A model generated the notes under the pieces. That model was given only the letters and a program-made list of their open reading frames with translations. It did not search any database and was not told the origin of the DNA. A DNA stretch of 64,000 nt. Origin: Macrostomum hystrix (lineage: Eukaryota; Animalia; Platyhelminthes). The position numbers and the translations under genes are program-made. This document shows, in pieces, positions 1-12,600 of this stretch (positions are counted from its first letter, which is position 1; every line of letters begins with the position of its first letter). The stretch covers positions 24,366,001 through 24,430,000 of the forward strand of contig CATNEN010000038.1 in the NCBI GenBank assembly GCA_950097015.1. Direction: 5' to 3'.

Positions 1-2
1 AC

Positions 3-656
3 CTTCCCGGTAGGCAACCGGACGCCAACTACACTACTGCCGATGCCGCTGCCACTGATCCCACTGGCGCAGTCATCTGGTTTAGCTGGTTGTCCGTAAG
101 ACATCTCAGACGGTGACGAAGTGTTATCAGTCACGCCGGAGCTTGTTGACTTTCGAATGTACCAATCAGACTTAGTTCTAGGCTGAGGATGCTGATGCTG
201 TTGACATTGTTGCTGCTGCTTAAGATGCTTCTGCTGATGCTGCTGACGTGGCAGAGTGGTGCAGCTGACTGCACCCGTCATAGCGTTACTGACAACAGCT
301 GGTGAATTCTCGCGACAACTTTGCTGTCGTCTGGGTGCTTGAGTGCGCATTGGTACAAAATTGTCCTGTAGCGCTGAGCGTTGTTGCACCTGATCCTCCT
401 CGCGAAAGTCGTCAAGTAATTGCTGATTCTGCTGTTGCTCTTGATACTGCTGCTGCGGAGGCTGCTGCTGCTGCTGTTGTTGCTGTTGCTCCTGATGAGA
501 CTCAGACCTTTTATCGCTGGCACCGTTGACGAACTTCATGGTGGCTGTGGTTAGCGGCGCACGTGCGCAGACAAGCGCATGAAAGGAGGTCAAATTGAAC
601 ACATCCAGCTTGCTCAAGATCAGCTTGGATGACTTCGATGCGTTTGATAAGATATT
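3..656 (-). CDS. sif: sif/Tiam exon: Ex region ([29 protein letters not shown]) plus polyQ low-complexity segment
   Basis: Acceptor ttcctctAG, 654-nt open frame, donor GT at window positions 2-1; matches the Tiam FSVSSFHALV motif. Confidence 0.8.
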
Positions 657-3600
657 CTAGAGGAATGAAAGGTTGCGTTTTGCTAAATTTTTCCAAGATA
701 ATTGAAATCAAATTACATGACTGTACCATTTTGCAGCCATAGTTAAACGTACAAGCACTCAATTTAATCGCGCGTTGGCGCAGGCGGCAGCAATGCTGCA
801 GCACTCGCTCCGCCAGCTGTCTATGGCACAGAGTGGTGGAAGAACGGCAAGCAAAATCCGCAAGCTTATACATTTATTGGACGTTAAATATACAGGCTTC
901 TTCTATGAATGAAATCAGCTGTCTATGGTTCAAACAGTTCGGTTCCGGGACCATTAAACGATTCAATGGGTGCGGAATGAATCGGAATGAATCACATAAA
1001 TGTCGTTTTAATTCATCATAGTCTATGGTTAAAACGTCCTCGACCCCATTCTATATTAAATTGCTTGCCTGCAGGCCGATACAATTTCTTACCATAGACA
1101 GCTGACGGAGCGGGTGCTGCTGCTTAGCTGCACCAATGCATGATTAAATTGAGTGCTTGCAGGATCGAATTGGCTCCAAAATGTTGTTATATAAAAAATT
1201 AATCTCTAATTTGTTTTCAATTTGACAAAAAATCTTAAAAAGGCATTTTTTAACCTGCGCTTGATTCTGGACGCAAGCGCACCGGAAGTGATGAACAGAC
1301 TATTTTTAGCTGCAGGCTAATATTACCCAATTAGGAGTTTATTTTTTGTTTCAGTGCGTTTCGCGTTCACCTACCAGAATAAATGTTTTGGGGCGCACTA
1401 GGCAAGAATTTAAAAACGACTTTTGAATCGAAACATAAGATTTTGTAGTTTATATTCCTAAAATAAAATTCGCTCTCACTTGGGAGCGAGAGCGAATTTG
1501 CTAGTCCATAATACAAAGTTTTCAGTTTTCCGAATCGATCGTTTATCTCACAGCATTTACCTTCGGATTAGGAAGCTCCTGGCCTAGCAACGAGGCCATG
1601 TAGCATTTGTGTCGATACAGCTCAACCAAGAGCCGCTCCAGATTCTCCTCCCATTGCTGGATGTTACGCAAAATCGTGTGCCGACTGCGACTATCACTGA
1701 CAGCAGTTAGCTGTAGTTCCGCCATCATTTTCATCTTGCTGTCCTGTAGATTGAAACGCGCATTTCAGATTAGTTCAAAACTTTTAAACGCATCCAATTA
1801 CCTTGTCAGTACATCAAAGCTTACCAAATCGACGTTGCTCTCCAGCTTTCTGATCTCCGATTCCATTAGACGAATTGTGTCCAATTTGCTGCGCTGTCTC
1901 GCTATGTGGGACGCGCAGGCCGAATGAAATGACATCACCCAGCTGTCCAAATCAGCTTTTTCTGAAGCCTGGTAGTTTCGTTTTTTCGGAGAAATAATTT
2001 TAATTAAGTTGACGTTTTTTAATGGGCTGGCCTCTTAGCCCTACCCCTTGGCAAAGTCCTTAGTAACGTGTTATTTTTTCAATTTAGTGTATTCTGGATA
2101 CAATATGCTGGATGATTTAGCAGAATATCGAACGAAACCTCACCTGAAACATGTAAGCATCTCCAAAAGCTGTGCTCAACGACAGGACATTCTCCTTCTT
2201 TGGGTGCTCAGGCAGCGGTTGTGCAATACATCCTTCGATAACTGCACGGGTGGATTGTTGGAAATGCAAAATATAATAATATTGTAGGCAAATGAGGAAA
2301 TGAGATAAATAAGTGCGAGACAAATAAAAGAAAAAAACAAAAACATCTGGCAGCATGAAAGGCGATATAGAGCGAGATAGACAGTTCCGATTCAATTCCG
2401 ACAGTGAGGATGAAATTTGTGAAGCTGGGATCGGACGAGGATCACTTGACAAAAAATTTGGGAAGTAATTAAAAACTCACAGAGCCTATGCTTGGGCTCA
2501 GTCCTGTCGCCTGGCGCCTCCATCAACATCTGCTGCTGCTGCTGGCTGTCTTTGAAGAACAACAGCTCGATGCCTCTGAGACAGACCCAGTAGCGACGCC
2601 AATGGCGCTGCGGGGCAAGTTCAACCTTGCGCTTCTTGTGCACCAGCCAGTTCTTGACGTTGAGCCAGCTGCAAAATGCAAACACAAATTTCGTTACGGT
2701 GCTACTTCTTGCATTTTTATAGTCTGGTTGCAATGTCATAAATAGCATTCTGCTCTGAGGACTGACGTGAAATTGTGACGTCATATCTTTTTTGAGGATT
2801 TAGTTAATATTATGACGTCATATATTCTCTGAGGATTAAGGTAATGTTGTGACGTTATATCTTCTCTGAGGATAGACGTGAAGATTGATATATCCTTGGA
2901 GGAGGATCGAGGTCGTGGTGTGAAGTCAAGAACGCTAGAATCTCTTCCCAATAGTATGTTGAGACGTCAATTAGCTTCTCTTCAAAACTAATTTGTAACG
3001 TCGAGGACACTCCAAGTCTATACAAAATACTGAAAGTTACTGCAACAGCTCTATTGCCTCACTTTTAAGTTTTACCATAGCAAACTAGACACTTTATTGA
3101 TATTCAAAGTATTCACGAACCGTATATACTCGAGTACTATATTGAGTTCTGATTGAGCACACAGCTGCAAGCCAAACTCACCCAGCCTTTCGAATTGCTC
3201 CCGAGTATCTAGCGGTAGCTGATGCCTGACTCTCCGACTGCATCGTGCTCAGACTGGACTCATCAGATGCCACACTGACGGCGTCTGCAGAATCTTCAGA
3301 ATGACCCGGTCGTTGCTGAGGCTGAAATTCAGATACCTGAGTAGGCCGATGTTTCAACATTATTGGCCTAGCTTAGCTCGCTGTATTAGAGGATTGTTAG
3401 AATCGGGTTAAGTGTACGGGTTTGCAACCGCTATATTTAGTTTATATTAGCAGTTAGCAGTCACATGGTCAGCACTTATCAGATTGTGGCACTAAAGAAT
3501 GCTTTAAACGCGTCAACCCCAGCCCAGTGCTGCATCCAGCAGGTTGACATCATATTGTTGACATCAGTAACCATTTTTAGTCATCAACTGTCGGCAACTG

Positions 3601-6600
3601 ACGCTACATTTTCTGCAATGGTTTAATTAAAACCAGAGATACCAACGCAGCGAAGACTATTTAGCCAATACAGCAGTTACTGCAGACCACAACAGACTGC
3701 AAAGGAACAGCGAATTTGCCTGAAATTTTGCCTAAATAACACACAAAGACACATACGGTTTGCCTGTCAAGTAAATATCAAGTACACGGAATGCATTTTG
3801 CTTGCAGACAGGTTAAAAAGAATGCTACACAGTGCAAATGGGCTTGCCGATGAAATTCGCTTTGGGAGCTTAGACATGGTAAAATATCAAAGCTGGAAGC
3901 GACCTTCTTAATATCAGACTTCGGCAAGCAAATTTCCCGCAAGCAAATGTCGTACTCCCCTGAAGGAGTGTAAGTCAGAAGAAGCGGGGTGAAGGTTGCA
4001 ACTATCGCTCACCTCTTCTTCGAGGGGCAAGCCAGACCGACTGCTGAGGCTTCTGTTTTGCTGCGGCTGCTGCTGCTGCTGATGATGATTATTATGATTC
4101 AGATTCTTTCGAGTCACACTGGAGCATCGCAGACTTGCAGCAGAATCAGGACCTGCAATTTGCGAAAGCGGGCATGGAGCTGTTTTACTTCAGGCAAGCA
4201 GAGACTCTGCAGCCAATCAGCGATGGCCACGGCTACTGTGGGCTGGAATAAGATCCGCGAAACGAAAAAATCCACTTTGTGCGAATAAATTGGAGCAATA
4301 TAATGCACTGTATTGTGGATTAGGGTAATGCTTCATGCTTGTATTCGGTTTGGCTGACATGCATCGAAACAAACTGGTGGCCAAGTAAAGTGCATCTCTC
4401 TGACAGCCTTGCCCCCTTCCCATCTTTGTAACATTGGCAGAGCGTAAAAGTTTTTTACGCGAGCAAAAACGCGCTTTTATTTTTTTTTCTGGCACACAGA
4501 GAGAGGGCCTTAGAGGGAGATACATGACGATACTGGGTGCCGTGTTAGGTGTGGTTTTAGCAGCTATTCCTAAGGGGATCAGCAGCCGTTCGTGGGAGTC
4601 TGAAAAGCGAGCGACCACTTTCATGAGAAGCCGGCAGTTCAAATGTGCCGCGCATGGCCAATATAGCATAATTGGCCGCTATAAATCTTTCTGTAAGAGA
4701 GATATTCTCTTTAATCAGCTGTTAGTGCCTTCTGATATGGTTCTGTTGGAGGTAGTTTATGCGCTGCTGTCAGAAGGTCATGTTATTTAGACTGTAGTTT
4801 GTTTGATTTTGCATTATCAATGAGAGACCTTCAAAGGCCACCGAAAAATGGTACAAGAATCAGCTTCAGTACTGACATCGGTACCAGAAACAGCTTCAGT
4901 ACTGATATCGGTACCAGAATCAGCTTCAGTGCTGACATCAGTACCACCAGAATTAGCTTCAGTACTGACATCGGTACCAGAATCAGCTTCAGTACTGACA
5001 TCGGTACCAGAATCCGCTTCAGTGCTGACATCAGTACCACCAGAATTAGTTTCAGTATTGACATCGGTACCAGAATCAGCTTCAGTACTGACATCGGTAC
5101 CAGAATCCGCTTCAGTGCTGACATCAGTACCACCAGAATTAGTTTCAGTACTGACATCGGTACCAGAATCAGCTTCAGTACTGACATCGGTACCAGAATC
5201 CGCTTCAGTGCTGACATCAGTACCACCAGAATTAGTTTCAGTACTGACATCGGTACCAGAATCAGCTTCAGTACTGACATCGGTACCAGAATCCGCTTCA
5301 GTGCTGACATCAGTACCACCAGAATTAGTTTCAGTATTGACATCGGTACCAGAATCAGCTTCAGTACTGACATCGGTACCAGAAACAGCTTCAGTACTGA
5401 TATCGGTACCAGAATCAGCTTCAGTGCTGACATCAGTACCACCAGAATTAGCTTCAGTACTGACATCGGTACCAGAATCAGCTTCAGTACTGACATCGGT
5501 ACCAGAATCCGCTTCAGTGCTGACATCAGTACCACCAGAATTAGTTTCAGTATTGACATCGGTACCAGAATCAGCTTCAGTACTGACATCGGTACCAGAA
5601 TCCGCTTCAGTGCTGACATCAGTACCACCAGAATTAGTTTCAGTACTGACATCGGTACCAGAATCAGCTTCAGTACTGACATCGGTACCAGAATCCGCTT
5701 CAGTGCTGACATCAGTACCACCAGAATTAGTTTCAGTACTGACATCGGTACCAGAATCAGCTTCAGTACTGACATCGGTACCAGAATCCGCTTCAGTGCT
5801 GACATCAGTACCACCAGAATTAGTTTCAGTATTGACATCGGTACCAGAATCAGCTTCAGTACTGACATCGGTACCAGAATCAGCTTCAGTACTGACATCG
5901 GTACCAGAATCAGCTTCCGGTACTAATTAAAGGACCTTCGGTACTAAAATCAGCTTCAGTACAAAAATCAGCTTCAGTACAAAAATCAGCTTCAGTACTA
6001 AAATCAGCTTTGACAGTACTAAAATCTGCTTCAGCACTAAAATCTGCTTCAGTACTGACATCGGTACCAGAATCAGCTTCAGTACTGACATCGGTACCAG
6101 ACGCAGCTTCTGTATACTGACATCGGTACTAAATGGAACTTCAGTACTAGACTAAAACAACGCATTTAGTTACCAGTTCCACGCATTTCATGTGGCGTAC
6201 AGTCTAATCCCTCCAGTTCAGCGTCGTCTCCGGCTAAGCATCCCCGATTGTCAAGGACGAGACGCGCGCTGCCATCAGTTCTTCGTGGCGTGACGTTAGA
6301 CGCCTGCGACAGGGTGTCCACCGTGTAGCTGCGATTGTGATAGTCTAGTCTTTGTTCTTGCAGCTGCGGCTGCACTTGAGTCGGACTGGCGCTAACTTCC
6401 GGAAAAGCGCTCAGTAACCTGTCAAGGGTGCCAAAATCTACGGGAATTTCAGGTGATTCCAGGGTTTGATGTTGCTGTTGAAGAATCTGACGCTGCTGCT
6501 GATCCCATTCTTGTAGCACATCGTCGACACTTGTCTCTCGTTGGGTGCCTAAAATCTGCTGTTGCTGCTGCTGCTGCTTCTGCCAATGCAATTGATGAGC

Positions 6601-9600
6601 AGAACCCACATTCCTAATAGCAGGCATCCCGCTTCTGTCATCTTCTGAACGACTTCGCGACTCGGCAAAAGCACGACGCTTAACCGTCTGAGCTGATGCT
6701 GGAACTGACGCGATTCCCGCCGCCGAAACCGCCTCCGCTTCTGCCTGCTCCATCAGACAAGTACACTCGGCTGGGCTGTGGCTGGCGTGCGAAGCCAGCA
6801 TTCCTGATGATGCTGATGGGCCCTGTACCCCCTGATGAGAAGTTGTTCTCCTTGTCACAACAGCGCTATAGCAAGCAGACGCCGTGTTCGAGCCTGCGAC
6901 GGTCGACGCAGCGGCACTACGACGCGAGTAATAGCCGCTCGCATCGTCAGCGCCGGCGAAATCGTCAACTTCTTCGGCTTCGTCGTAGCGGCGAACATTC
7001 CGACCGGCGGCGACAGCGGAATGGGAGCGCGACTGAGGGAATGAGACCGTTGAATGAGATTGTCGCTTATAAAACAATGTTCTTAGGCTCTGTTAGGTGA
7101 CAGTCGGCCCGCAGCTAGCGAGGATTCGATTCTGCCCATTCAGCTGACTCCTGAGCAGACACGCACACAGATACAATACGCAGGCACACGCCAACACAGG
7201 TGTGTACATCTGCCTGACTTTCTCATTGTCAGGCATTGTACACTCCACTGTGCCTTTGGGTGTTGGAGCCCTCATGGGGGTAAATTGAACGACAAGCCGA
7301 CAAGCCACAAATTAAGGATGCAGAAAGTACGCTCTCTTCTTCAGAGGCTTTACAAAGAATGCAGATTTTTTAAGCAATACTACTAAAAATTGTCCCTGTA
7401 AGTAGTATATCGACAAAAAATTCCAAACTTTTTTTGTAGAAAAATGACTTAAAAGTATTTAGAAACCTGATTTGCGATAATACAGCATTTTATTTGTCAA
7501 AGAAAGTAATCAATTAAATGATTGAAATTTGGAAAATTGGAAAATTTGGCTCAGCTGACCGTGTTAATGAACCTTAGAAGAAGGAGCTGAAAGTCCTGAC
7601 AGGAAGAATTATGCAAATTTGTTAAAGTGAAGAACTAAGAATAAAAATGATTTCAGTCTAAAATGATGCTTGATAACAACTGGCATTTTTTAATGTTTCG
7701 TTTTTTACTCCCAAGGTAATCCCAGAATCCATATCATTATGCTCTTGAATCCCAATATTCTAAATCCCAAATTTATGTTCCCAGCTTAAAAATCGTCGAT
7801 TTCTAATCCCAGATTCAAAATCCTCGATTTCTAATCCCAGATTCAAAATCCTCGATTTCTAATCCCAGATTCAAAATCCTCGATTTCTAATCCCAGATTC
7901 AAAATCCTCAATTTCTAATCCTAGATTCAAAATCCTCGATTTCTAATCCCAGATTCAAAATCCTCGATTTCTAATCCCAGATTCAAAATCCTCGATTTCT
8001 AATCCCAGATTCAAAATCCTCGATTTCTAATCCCAGATTCAAAATCCTCGATTTATAATCCCAGATTCAATATCTTTGATTTATAATCCCAGATTCAATA
8101 TCCTTGATTTCTAATCCCAGATTCAAAATCCTCGATTTATAATCCCAGATTCAATATCTTTGATTTATAATCCCAGATTCAATATCCTCGATTTCTAATC
8201 CCAGATTCAAAATCCTCGATTTATAATCCCAGATTCAATATCCTTGATTTCTAATCACAGATTCAATATCCTTGATTTCTAATCACAGATTCAAAATCCT
8301 CGATTTCTAATCCCAGATTCAAAATCCTCGATTTCTAATCCCAGATTCAAAATCCTCGATTTCTAATCCCAGATTCAAAATCCTCAATTTCTAATCCTAG
8401 ATTCAAAATCCTCGATTTCTAATCCCAGATTCAAAATCCTCGATTTCTAATCCCAGATTCAAAATCCTCGATTTCTAATCCCAGATTCAAAATCCTCGAT
8501 TTCTAATCCCAGATTCAAAATCCTCGATTTCTAATCCCAGATTCAAAATCCTCGATTTCTAATCCCAGATTCAAAATCCTCGATTTCTAATCCCAGATTC
8601 AAAATCCTCGATTTCTAATCCCAGATTCAAAATCCTCGATTTATAATCCCAGATTCAATATCTTTGATTTATAATCCCAGATTCAATATCCTTGATTTCT
8701 AATCACAGATTCAATATCCTCGATTTCTAATCCCAGATTCAATATCCTTGATTTCTAATCCCAGATTCAAAATCCTCGATTTCTAATCCCAGATTCAATA
8801 TCTTCGATTTCTAATCCCAGATTCAAAATCCTCAATTTCTAATCCCAGATTCAATATCCTTGATTTCTAATCCTAGATTCAAAATCCTCGATTTCTAATC
8901 CTAGATTCAAAATCCTCGATTTCTAATCCCAGATTCAATATCCTTGATTTCTAATCCCAGATTCAAAATCCTCGATTTTTAATCCCAGATTCAAAATCCT
9001 CAATTTCTAATCCCAGATTCAAAATCCTCGATTTATAATCCCAGATTCACTATCTTTGATTTATAATCCCAGATTCAATATCTTTGATTTATAATCCCAG
9101 ATTCAATATCCTCGATTTCTAATCACAGATTCAATATCCTTGATTTCTAATCCCAGATTCAAAATCCTTAATTTCTAATCCCAAATTCGAAATCCTCGAT
9201 TTTTAATCCCAAGTAAAAATCCCAGGTATTTTCCCGAAATTTCTAATCCTAAACTAAACCCAGGAATCTAAATCACATATTTCTAATCCGAAATTCCTTA
9301 TTCCAGTTGGTATGTCCCAGAGATTTTAATAATGAATTCCAAAAATTGGGTTTATTATCTTTTTTTGACGAATCCTAAATCCCAGTTTCTTAATCTTCTT
9401 ATTGCCGCAGATGACTAAAGACTGAAGACACAGCCACTGAATTAAGTGATGAAACATTGCGGTACTCTCAATCTGCCTCTCTCTCTCCCACTCTCCCACT
9501 CTCTCTTGGCGTTCGTTCAATAGAAAATCGAACATTGCCACGCTCATGTAGGCTCAAATAATCGATTCTGCTTTTCCCCAAGGCTTGGAAACACTTTTAG

Positions 9601-12600
9601 GCGGGAATATATAAGCCTTTAATTTCGCTGCCTACCAAAGGCAATTGCTAGTTGGATTTAATTGACTCTAATTAATTGTTACTATGCAATATGGCGCCGT
9701 GGGGGAATATTGCTGGTAGCTTAAGGGGGCTGCCTTTTCAAACAAATTAATGATAAGGTAGATGTACACATGCACTTCTGCCTGCGTGTGGACCTACGAG
9801 ACGACTTTTATTGGCTGCGAGTCGACCGTTACCCACAACCTCCTGATCAAAAGAAGTATACGAGCGTACCTTTTCCTTTGAGGTCTAGGCGATACACCAT
9901 TGTACCAAAAAAGTCGCTTCGAAGACGGTAGGTCAGGTCGAAAACATTTACATCATGCATAGAAAAAACCAGCTAATAATAATTAACTATTGCAGGAGGG
10001 CTGCGGACAATGACCACATTAATTTGTGACACTAGACCCGCAGCCAGCGAGGAGGCAGCTCTGCCTATTTCGCTGACTCCTTAGCACACACTCACACAGA
10101 TACTGTACGCGTTCAGGCACACGCTCGCACAGGTGTGTACGTCTGCCTTGACTTTCTCATCGTCAGGCAGTGTACACTCTCACTGTGCCTTGGAGGTTGG
10201 CCCTCAAGGGCGTAAATTGCACGACAAGCCGCCAAGCCTTCTCTCCGCGGCTGCGCCCCAAATGAATGTGGCCTCGCCGCGGAATCGAGCTCAGGGACCT
10301 TGGCGTGAAAGGCAAACGCACTGCAACAGACCCCCAAACCAATACTAAAAGTACATTAACTTTATGAACAGCAGTATCTGTGAGCGTGTGTGCTCAGGTC
10401 AGGAGTCAGTGAATGGGCAGAATGCCTCCTCGCTGGCTGCGGGTCAACTGTCACCGAATGATGTCATTGCCCGCGGCCCTCTAGAAAATCTTATTGATTT
10501 TTCAATGTTAGCATTGACGTTAATTTAAAAGTGGGATCGATTCCTGGCACGATGTTTCTAAAAATATAATCAATATTTACGGTACAATTTGAATAGAAGT
10601 TTAATATTTTTAATCCGCTCTTGGGTCAAACAAGCAATTAGCTGATTATTTTTTGGAGTCAGATTTAATTTAAGAGCGTTTCAAAGGTTCCGTGAATTAC
10701 AATCATAATTTTCCAATTAATGATAACTGCATTCTGCAAATGACTATAGATGTCAATGTTGATTATGTGAAAACTCATTTTAATCTAGATGATTGCGTCG
10801 GTTTCATTTAGTTTGTTTTATTTATCCCCAAATAGACAAATAATTAAACTCCGCAATACTAACCTTTCCCGGACTTGGGCTGCTGTTTCGCAGCGACGTC
10901 GAGGACGCAGACTTGGCGTAAAGTCGACGCGATGCAGCCACCTTAAAATTGATAGGTTGCAATTGACGTGGGTTTTCTTTTTTCTGTTGGTTTTCCGATG
11001 AAACAATTCACAGAATCACAGAACATTCAAAGATTCTCGTCGGGGTGTCTGGAGTAACAAACTACCAATATGGAGACAATTATTTTGCTCACAAAACGCC
11101 ATCATGTAGCCTCTATTATTGCTTATTTCATAGGTTATTATTACATTATTGAACCACTATGGACTCGCCACAGACGTTTATACAGAGAAATGTTTGTTGT
11201 CCTTGACACCAACTTGTCTGTCGGCAAGAATCGCTGAATATCTTGACGGTGCTGGCGTCGGACGTCTTTGAAAATTTAGTTCATCGTAAATTGCGGAAAA
11301 TCTGTCATTCGGTTTGGGAGCTATTGTAAAGTGGGCAGTGGGAATCTGAAATGTCGCGGTATTTCAACTGTAAATTGAACTAATTTTAGTCCTGTGACAT
11401 TGTATTTTTTGCAACCTTATTTGTTAAAGACAGTCACGTGATTTTAAGGCTGGCTGTTTCTAAAAATAGACACAACTAAATTCCCTTTTGACCAATCAGA
11501 TTCTGCATCTCGGACCCTATGGGCTTCTAATCGATGAAAGGTGTCACGTGATAATGATTTATGCGAAGATGAAATGTGTCATTCTGATGGTTAATCAGTC
11601 CCACTTTTGTATCTTGTTTCCTGTCCGAAGACCAATTCGATGCAAATATTGCTTGGGTGGTTGTATGACGTCTGTCTTTTTCAGAATAATTACAGAAAGG
11701 AGAGAAATTCATTAAAACGCGATGCGTCCATGGCTGAGCTAAGATTGAATATTTAAGATCTTGATATTTTGCTAAAGGAAATCAGGACAAAAATTTCTTA
11801 GCTACTCGTAGCTAGAGGTTTTCCCTCAGACTCAGTTAGAACACGAGATTGAATGGAATTTCCCTTGAGACTGAATTGAAACCTGCTATCTCACTTAGCT
11901 AAAGCTTGCAGCCTGGCAGCCAGTGCTATACTGGCCTCCTCAATCACTTTCTGTGTCTCATTCGACTTTTCTCACACTCCACTTCAGCGTAAAAGCCGCG
12001 GGCCATCACTAATACATCATATTGCATAAGTAAGGCTTGATTGCTGAATAGATCGGATAGGGGCCTTTTCCGTTCTACAAAATAACCATTTTCCTTTTCC
12101 TTCTCGATCGAGTTCCGGGGCTTTTAATTTTTTTGACAAGGGCTGATTTAAGAGGGCTTGTTTGCCTCTCGCCTCGCTGGGTGCCTTAAGCGGAAACCCC
12201 CATGACCCCGTGACCAGTTGAGAATCAAATGAGCTACCTCATGACCAGTTGGGAATCACATGACCTATCTCATGACTAGTTGGGAATCACATGAGCTAAC
12301 TCATGACCAGTTGGGAATCACATGACCTATCTCATGACTAGTTGGGAATCACTTGAGCTACCTCATGACCAGTTGGGAATCACATGACCTATCTCATGAC
12401 TAGTTGGGAATCACATGAGCTAACTCATGACCAGTTGGGAATCACATGACCTATCTCATGACTAGTTGGGAATCACTTGAGCTACCTCATGACCAGTTGG
12501 GAATCACATGACCTATCTCATGACTAGTTGGGAATCACATGAGCTAACTCATGACCAGTTGGGAATCACATGACCTATCTCATGACTAGTTGGGAATCAC

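Noticed and set aside
4799-5930. Three overlapping 355-375 aa ORFs (mucin- or antifreeze-like repeats)
   Set aside because: Translations of a 30/33-bp intronic minisatellite whose units are multiples of 3 and stop-free; open in several frames on both strands
10970-11255. Short matches to 28915-29185 (GACACCCCGACGAGA...GAATATCTTGACG)
   Set aside because: Probably remnants of an old dispersed repeat, but boundaries could not be defined well enough to annotate
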